The notes beneath the pieces were generated by a model, which saw only the letters and a list, made by a program, of their open reading frames with translations, was not told the DNA's origin and searched no databases. DNA of 64,000 bases, taken from contig JAFVQC010000054.1 in NCBI GenBank assembly GCA_017504995.1, positions 60 through 64,059 on the forward strand, read 5' to 3'. Shown here piece after piece: positions 58,387-64,000 of the stretch. The DNA is from Clostridia bacterium (GTDB taxonomy: Bacteria > Bacillota > Clostridia > Oscillospirales > CAG-272). A program made the translations under genes and the position numbers. Position 1 is the stretch's first letter; the number at the start of each line of letters is the position of its first letter.

Positions 58387-60405
58387 ATGGGTTACAAAAT
58401 TTTTGAATACGATCCCGATCTTTTGCCCTATGCGGCGGATATTGATCAGCGAATGGAAAATTACAAAAGAAAGCGGTCGGAGTTGGTCGGAACGGACGGA
58501 AGTTTGTCGGAGTTCGCCAACGGACACGAGTATTTCGGCTTCCATAGAACCGCCTCGGGGTGGGTCTACCGAGAATGGGCGCCTGCGGCTGAGGAGGTTT
58601 ATCTGACGGGAGATATGAACGGCTGGCGGTGGCTGGACTGGAAGCTGACCCCCATCGGAAACGGCATCTTTGAGCTGATTCTGGACGGACGCGATACCCT
58701 GTGGCACGGTTGCCGTGTCAAGACGATCGTTCGCCACGAGGGACGGCTTTTGGAACGGATCCCGCTGTATATCCGCCGCGCGGAGCAGGATCCCGTGACC
58801 TACGCATGGTGTGGTGTGATCGTAGACGAGCCGCCCTACGAGTGGAAAAAGGCGCGACCGACCCCGCCGAAGAATCCCCTCATTTACGAGTGCCATATCG
58901 GTATGGCGCAGGAAAAGGAAGGGATCGGTACCTATCGGGAATTTCAAGAGAATATACTGCCCCGTATTCGTGCGCTGGGATACAATACGCTTCAGATCAT
59001 GGCGATCATGGAGCATCCCTATTACGGCTCTTTCGGTTATCAGGTCTCCTCGTTCTTTGCGGCTTGCTCCCGATACGGCACGCCGAGGGAATTGAAGGAG
59101 CTGATCGATGCCGCCCACGGCATGGGGCTTACGGTGCTTCTCGATCTGGTTCACTCCCATGCGGTGAAAAACACGGCGGAGGGGATCAACGAATTTGACG
59201 GCACAGCCTTCCAGTTTTTCCATGAGGGCGCGCGGGGAGAGCATCCCGCCTGGGGAACGAAGCTCTTTGATTACAACAAGAATGAGGTACTTCACTTCCT
59301 TCTGTCCAATCTGAAATTCTGGCTGGAGGAATATCACTTTGACGGATTTCGCTTTGACGGCGTTACTTCGATGATCTACCACAACCATGGACTTGGAGCG
59401 TCCTTTGGTGACTATTCCAAATATTTTTCACTCAATACCGATACCGAAGCCGTCACCTATCTCCAGCTTGCCAACGCCCTTGTGCGTGAGGTGAACCCAC
59501 GGGCGATCACCGTGGCGGAGGATATGTCGGCAATGCCAGGTATGTGCCTTCCCCTTGAGGAAGGGGGCATCGGCTTTGACTATCGCCTTGCCATGGGCGA
59601 GCCGGATCTCTGGATCAAGCTGCTGAAAACGGCAAGAGACGAGGACTGGAACGTGTGGCAGATCTGGCACGAGCTGACAAGCCGCCGCGTGGGAGAAGCC
59701 TATATCGGCTACGTAGAGTCTCACGATCAAGCGCTGGTGGGAGATAAAACCGTGATGTTCCGTCTTTGCGATAGCAAAATGTACACCGATATGTCCAAAA
59801 ATAGCAAGGATCTCGTGGTGGAGCGGGGTATGGCGTTACATAAGCTGATCCGTATGATCACCATGACGGCAGGCGGTTCGGGGTATCTTAACTTCATGGG
59901 CAACGAGTTTGGTCACCCCGAATGGATCGATTTTCCAAGAGAAGGGAATGGCTGGAGTTATTTTTACTGCCGTCGCCAATGGAGTCTTGCGGACGATCCT
60001 ACGCTGAAATACGGCGATCTGCGGGAATTTGACGGCGCGATGATCCGCTTGATAAAAAAAAGGAAAACACTTTCCTATGAGCCGAATTGTCTGTTCCTTG
60101 ACGGCGAGCGACAGACGATTACCTACGAACGGGGCAGCTTGATCTTTTCTCTGAATTTCAGTCCTGATCGCTCTTACCCCGATACCGTTATTTCCGTTCC
60201 GTCCGCAGGAAAATATCGAGTAATTTTGTCCACCGACGAGGGACGCTTCGGCGGCGCGGACCGTGTTTCTACGAAATACGTCTACGAGGCAATCAAGCAT
60301 GGAGACGGACAGTATCGGATACAGCTGTATCTGCCTGCCCGTTGCGGCGTTTGCGTTGCCAAAATTCCATCCGATCAAAAGAATAAGAAAGGCGGTATTT
60401 CATGA
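58387..60405 (+). CDS. 1,4-alpha-glucan branching enzyme, eukaryote-like GH13_8 type
   Basis: GH13 regions DLVHSHA, GFRFDGVTSM, VAEDMSAMPG, ESHDQALVGDK are characteristic of the GH13_8 lineage. ATG at 58387 (or GTG at 58384) after AAGGAGG. Confidence 0.88.
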   Translation: MGYKIFEYDPDLLPYAADIDQRMENYKRKRSELVGTDGSLSEFANGHEYFGFHRTASGWVYREWAPAAEEVYLTGDMNGWRWLDWKLTPIGNGIFELILDGRDTLWHGCRVKTIVRHEGRLLERIPLYIRRAEQDPVTYAWCGVIVDEPPYEWKKARPTPPKNPLIYECHIGMAQEKEGIGTYREFQENILPRIRALGYNTLQIMAIMEHPYYGSFGYQVSSFFAACSRYGTPRELKELIDAAHGMGLTVLLDLVHSHAVKNTAEGINEFDGTAFQFFHEGARGEHPAWGTKLFDYNKNEVLHFLLSNLKFWLEEYHFDGFRFDGVTSMIYHNHGLGASFGDYSKYFSLNTDTEAVTYLQLANALVREVNPRAITVAEDMSAMPGMCLPLEEGGIGFDYRLAMGEPDLWIKLLKTARDEDWNVWQIWHELTSRRVGEAYIGYVESHDQALVGDKTVMFRLCDSKMYTDMSKNSKDLVVERGMALHKLIRMITMTAGGSGYLNFMGNEFGHPEWIDFPREGNGWSYFYCRRQWSLADDPTLKYGDLREFDGAMIRLIKKRKTLSYEPNCLFLDGERQTITYERGSLIFSLNFSPDRSYPDTVISVPSAGKYRVILSTDEGRFGGADRVSTKYVYEAIKHGDGQYRIQLYLPARCGVCVAKIPSDQKNKKGGIS

Positions 60406-61382
60406 AATTATTAGGAAAAGTTACGTTGATCGTTCTGTGCGTTCTTCTTGCCGTGGTGTTGCTTGTGCTGGGCGGTCTCAACCTGTTGAAATTTGCCATA
60501 TACGCCGACTATTACGCGGTGAAAACCGACGTTTGTAAAAATCCGGGTGTGTCCGACGGTTTTATCTGTCAGGGAATCTGCGCCGATGAAGGCTCGGGAA
60601 AAATCTTCGTTTCCGGCTATATGAAGGACGGAAGCGCCAGCCGCATTTACGTGACCGATACAGAGGATCGCTCCTATTTCGTCTCCTTGTCGTACGGAAG
60701 CGGCAAGGAATATACGGCGCATTCGGGCGGCATTGCCGTTGCGGGAGAGTTTGCCTACGTCGCAAGCGGTGGCAAGCTCTATCAAGTGCCCGTGGCATCT
60801 TTGCTTGCGGCAAAGAACGGAGAGACGGTCAAAATTTCCAAAATCGTTCCCGTTAATAACGAAGCATCCTTCGTGTATGCTGACGGTACTTATCTCTATG
60901 TGGGAGAATTTCACGACGGCGGCTCGTACGTGACGAATCATCCCTACGATACACCCGAAGGGCAGAACCACGCCATCGTTTCCCGATATGCGGTGAAGGA
61001 TATCACGGCATATCACAAAACCGAACATCCCACCGTCAATCCCGATAAAATCTATTCTATCCGCAATAAGGTGCAGGGTATCTGCTTTGCCCCTGACGGC
61101 ACGGTGTTGCTTTCCACCTCTTATGGGCTTGCCGATACGGTATATTACGCCTACCGTGAGGCGGATGCGGTGGATTCGGGAGAGAAGCTTGACGGCGCGC
61201 CCGTGTACTTTTTCGGATCGTGTACCATGGAAATAAAAGGGCCTGCCATGGGCGAGGATCTGGATTTCTACGATGGAAAATTCCTGACTCTCACCGAAAG
61301 CGCGTCGGATAAATACATCTTCGGAAAATTCTTTTTTGCAGACCGCATCGTGGCGCTGGAGCTTTCGGGAAATGAAGAATGA
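60402..61382 (+). CDS. N-terminally membrane-anchored hypothetical protein (possible beta-propeller ectodomain)
   Basis: TM helix VTLIVLCVLLAVVLLVLGGL followed by about 290 aa rich in beta-strand-like repeats. ATGA overlap with the upstream branching-enzyme gene. Confidence 0.6.
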   Translation: MKLLGKVTLIVLCVLLAVVLLVLGGLNLLKFAIYADYYAVKTDVCKNPGVSDGFICQGICADEGSGKIFVSGYMKDGSASRIYVTDTEDRSYFVSLSYGSGKEYTAHSGGIAVAGEFAYVASGGKLYQVPVASLLAAKNGETVKISKIVPVNNEASFVYADGTYLYVGEFHDGGSYVTNHPYDTPEGQNHAIVSRYAVKDITAYHKTEHPTVNPDKIYSIRNKVQGICFAPDGTVLLSTSYGLADTVYYAYREADAVDSGEKLDGAPVYFFGSCTMEIKGPAMGEDLDFYDGKFLTLTESASDKYIFGKFFFADRIVALELSGNEE

Positions 61383-61395
61383 ACGAGGCAAAATG

Positions 61396-61429
61396 AAAAA
61401 GCACGAGATCGAACGATCTCGTGCTTTTT
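61396..61429. terminator. Bidirectional intrinsic terminator between convergent genes
   Basis: 10-bp stem GCACGAGATC / GATCTCGTGC with loop GAAC, flanked by A5 and T5. Confidence 0.85.
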
Positions 61430-61478
61430 CGTTTCGGCAGAAGCTGCCGAACCATCCTTCAGAGATACCAAATAGCAA

Positions 61479-61664
61479 TCAAGCTCTGGTGATCTTGCCG
61501 GAACGCAGACAACGGGAGCAAACAGCAACGGTCTTGGGTGTGCCGTCAACAATTGCTCTTACCTTGCGGATGTTGGGCTTCCAGGTTCTGTTCGTTTTAC
61601 GGTGAGAGTGGGAAACTGCCTGTCCGAAAACAACGCCTTTTCCGCAGATGCTACATTTTGCCAT
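61479..61664 (-). CDS. rpmB: 50S ribosomal protein L28
   Basis: MAKCSICGKGVVFGQAVSHSHRKTNRTWKPNIRKV. AAGGAGG RBS. Confidence 0.93.
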   Translation of the reverse strand: MAKCSICGKGVVFGQAVSHSHRKTNRTWKPNIRKVRAIVDGTPKTVAVCSRCLRSGKITRA

Positions 61665-61805
61665 ATTGACACCTCCTTATATGCGCTACCGCGCATCTAT
61701 CATATGAAAAATTTTAATAAACAAGTGTGATACCTATCCCCAAAAAGGGAAGCGAAACGACCTGTTACGCCGCTTGCCAAAGGGGAAACGGCATTCGTGC
61801 TATCT

Positions 61806-61834
61806 ATTATACCATATTCAATTTCAAATTGCAA
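61806..61834 (-). promoter_or_regulatory. Sigma-A promoter of rpmB, giving a leader of about 135 nt
   Basis: On the minus strand: TTGCAA (61834-61829), 17-nt spacer, TGgTATAAT (61814-61806). Confidence 0.6.
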
Positions 61835-61906
61835 GAGCTTTTTGAAATTTTTTTCAAAAAATCTGTTCTTTTTTTATGGAAAGAACGTTTCTCCGTTGTC
61901 ATGGGT

Positions 61907-63643
61907 TTACTTGTTGGAAAATGCTTCGTTTTTAACGCTCACGACAACACCCAAATTCTCAAAGAAGGGAGAATACGCCGAGGGAAGCACCTCGCAAAGA
62001 ATGCCCTGGGGAAGGAACGCGCCGCCTTCCAATACTCTGTCGGAAGGGCGAACGCTACCGCCCTCGGACATTTGCTCCATTACGGAAAGGGGATCGCCGC
62101 TAACGGCGCGCGCCGAACGGACCAGACCCTGCTCGCAAAGTCTGTGGAAATCATCGCAGATGCGGCGAAGATTTTCAAAATCCGGCATACCGTTCTCGGC
62201 GCATCGGACGGGAAGATAACGAACCGCGCTTCCTATACGGACAAAACGGGAGGGGATCTCCTCATTTGGTACGGGGGCGTAGGCGCAGCAAAGCAACGAT
62301 CGATCTCCTTCCGAGAATATCGCCGCCGAGTCTTCCTCGGGAAGCGCCAGCTCCATGGTCAGACGGTACGCGCCGAGGATCAGCGCCGCGTCCTTGCCAA
62401 GGGATTCCTCGTCGATCTGCAAACGGGGGAAGGCGTAGCGCAGGGAAAGTCCCAGCTGACGGCGGTCTGCGCCTCGCGCGACCAAGGCAAGCACGGCATC
62501 GACGGCGGTATTGAGTGCAACGCCAAAGCAGTTGCTTTCTGCCTTGCTCCAAAGGGGCGCGAACAGATATCCGTCCTTGGAAAAAGTTCCCGCTTCCTTC
62601 GTAAAAGGCGGCTCATTCGCCTCGGCGCTTACGGCTACGGGCAGATGTGGACAGAGGGCGGGCAGCGCGGTTTCTTCGATGGATATTTTTGCGAAATCGT
62701 TTTCCTTTGCCAAGGCTCGCAAGAGTGGCAGGGAAAGATCAAGGACGGGGCAATGCTCCTTCGGACCACGGATGCGCCTCGTGGCGGTGTTTTTAGCAAA
62801 ATAAGAGCCGACGAGTCCAAATCGAGAGGCGTATTCCGTCAGCTTTTCCACCTGCTCCTTGGGAGCGGCAAGCACGGTCAGACCGCGATAAGCGCGGGTG
62901 AGTGTGGAAAAAGAGAAGTCGTCCTCACCGTCGGCAGTCAAGGTGAGAGGATTCATGATGATTCCTTGGCAATGCGACACAAACAGACCAATCAAGCCGA
63001 ATCGGGATACCGTTATGGCGTGGGTGCGCGGAGAATGCGCGCGAAGCTCGGATAAAAACCGTTCCGTATTCCGTTCGTATTCCTCAAGCTCATTCTCGGC
63101 GGGGGACAGTAATATCAGCGCCGCGCCAAGAGGTAAAGGAAACGCTTGGGCATCGCCCTCTTTGGGAAAACTCCGATTTTCCGAAGGATCGGCAGGCTTC
63201 CACATAAGGGGAATCCTTTCCTTTGAGAACGCAACGGCGTCTCTTCCAATCCGACGCATATACCGCCCCGAAACCGAAAGAAGATCGGCAAGGGAGGGGG
63301 GCAGCTTGCGCTTTGGCTCAAGTACCGCCAGCTTATCGATCAGATCCCGATAGGTTTCGGCAATTGCGGGCGACGCAATGCGGATGTGGGAGATCAGGCG
63401 GTGATCGGCAGAGGATATCCGTTCTCTGACTACCTCGTTGATCAGCGCCAGCTCCTCAAAGGATGGGGCGCGGCGATCCTTTCGGTACGCCGTTTGGCAA
63501 AGTAAAAATTCCGAACGGTTTAACGCAGGGGTATATTCTGCCGCGAATTCCTTCATTTTCGCTTCGTCGGAGGTGTGAAAGTCGGCGGCGTATAACGGCG
63601 CTTGAACAATCGGTGTGTCTTGTGTATATTCTTCTTGCATCAT
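61907..63643 (-). CDS. PurL (FGAM synthase)-like protein lacking the catalytic signature; function unknown
   Basis: Start at MMQEEY after AAGGAGAGG, with an ATGA overlap with mtaB. PSFEELALINEVV and AESNCFGVALNTAVDAVLALVARGADRRQLGLSLRY resemble PurL segments, but ESHNHP is replaced. Confidence 0.6.
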   Translation of the reverse strand: MMQEEYTQDTPIVQAPLYAADFHTSDEAKMKEFAAEYTPALNRSEFLLCQTAYRKDRRAPSFEELALINEVVRERISSADHRLISHIRIASPAIAETYRDLIDKLAVLEPKRKLPPSLADLLSVSGRYMRRIGRDAVAFSKERIPLMWKPADPSENRSFPKEGDAQAFPLPLGAALILLSPAENELEEYERNTERFLSELRAHSPRTHAITVSRFGLIGLFVSHCQGIIMNPLTLTADGEDDFSFSTLTRAYRGLTVLAAPKEQVEKLTEYASRFGLVGSYFAKNTATRRIRGPKEHCPVLDLSLPLLRALAKENDFAKISIEETALPALCPHLPVAVSAEANEPPFTKEAGTFSKDGYLFAPLWSKAESNCFGVALNTAVDAVLALVARGADRRQLGLSLRYAFPRLQIDEESLGKDAALILGAYRLTMELALPEEDSAAIFSEGDRSLLCCAYAPVPNEEIPSRFVRIGSAVRYLPVRCAENGMPDFENLRRICDDFHRLCEQGLVRSARAVSGDPLSVMEQMSEGGSVRPSDRVLEGGAFLPQGILCEVLPSAYSPFFENLGVVVSVKNEAFSNK

Positions 63644-64000
63644 ACCTCTCCTTTTCCGTCGCGTTCGTTTTGTAAAAGCTCCATCAATCTGCCGTGGCAA
63701 ACGTCGCCTGTAAGCGCTTGCAGACAGACGGTTCCAAGCCGTCCGTGCAGAGGTGCGTCAGAGGGAACGGCAACCTCTAAAAAGTCAGCGGTGTGGCCGT
63801 AGGCGTAGCCGTTCTCGTAGGTCTCAAACAAGACCTCGGTGACGGGAGAGGAGGCAATGGCTTCCGTCAACAGCTCCCGACGGATCTCTTTGGTCCGCGC
63901 TTCCAGCCGATGCAGACGCTGACGCTTGACCTCTGTGGGGACCTGCTCCGCCATGGTGGCGGCAAGCGTTCCTTCCCGTTTGGAATAGGGGAAGATGTGA
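63640..64000 (-). CDS. mtaB: MiaB-like tRNA methylthiotransferase MtaB, 3' part (partial; continues beyond the window)
   Basis: The frame is open to the window edge (FPYSKREGTLAATMAEQVPTEVKRQR...). A TRAM-like C-terminus follows. Confidence 0.7.
   Translation of the reverse strand, partial: HIFPYSKREGTLAATMAEQVPTEVKRQRLHRLEARTKEIRRELLTEAIASSPVTEVLFETYENGYAYGHTADFLEVAVPSDAPLHGRLGTVCLQALTGDVCHGRLMELLQNERDGKGEV

Noticed and set aside
61727-63055. 442-aa plus-strand ORF opposite the PurL-like gene.
   Set aside because: The minus-strand frame has the SD, the ATGA coupling to mtaB and PurL-like motifs. The plus-strand translation is low-information (R/G/K/L-rich), and its start lies in the rpmB promoter region.
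1-64000. Scan for tRNA/rRNA genes, CRISPR arrays, IS elements, integrases and prophage or defence islands.
   Set aside because: I saw no direct-repeat arrays, no T-loop-like GGTTCGA motifs in intergenic DNA and no transposase/integrase-like ORFs. Intergenic regions are short and are explained by promoters and terminators.

Overview
This 64-kb segment reads like the core chromosome of an endospore-forming Firmicute, probably class Clostridia, and looks moderately GC-rich by eye. I call about 52 protein genes, almost all on the + strand and tightly packed, many with overlapping stop/start codons.

Content in order:
- an alpha/beta-type SASP
- NAD genes (nadE divergent from pncB), then a lipoprotein nuclease
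- a GlpA-like FAD-oxidoreductase trio
- the rplU-prp-rpmA ribosomal operon
- an AT-richer islet carrying an alpha/beta hydrolase
- an M20 amidohydrolase
- miaB-ymcA-mutS-mutL, in Bacillus-like order
- tgt, tldD/pmbA, glyQS, a SulP permease and cdaA
- recJ-relA-dtd-hemZ
- the sporulation-linked block yabM-like/mazG/hup/yabO/yabP/yabQ/divIC
- a complete glycogen operon (glgB-C-D-A-P plus a GH13 hydrolase)
- a quinone oxidoreductase
- a 1,123-aa secreted MBL/GLUG-like chimera
- a second, eukaryote-type (GH13_8-like) branching enzyme coupled to a membrane protein
- rpmB, a degenerate PurL-like protein and the 3' end of mtaB

I saw no tRNA, rRNA, CRISPR array, transposase, integrase or recognisable defence system. 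Many genes have near-consensus sigma-A promoters (TTGACA-17-TATAAT, often TGn-extended) and clear intrinsic terminators.

I found no convincing new multi-gene system. The best candidates for something undescribed are:
- the secreted MBL/beta-helix chimera
- the PurL-like protein that lacks the catalytic motif and is translationally coupled to mtaB
- the branching-enzyme/membrane-protein pair
- two REP-like palindromic elements
- an RBS-sequestering terminator in front of yabP

All homology calls come from motif recognition by eye. No searches were run.
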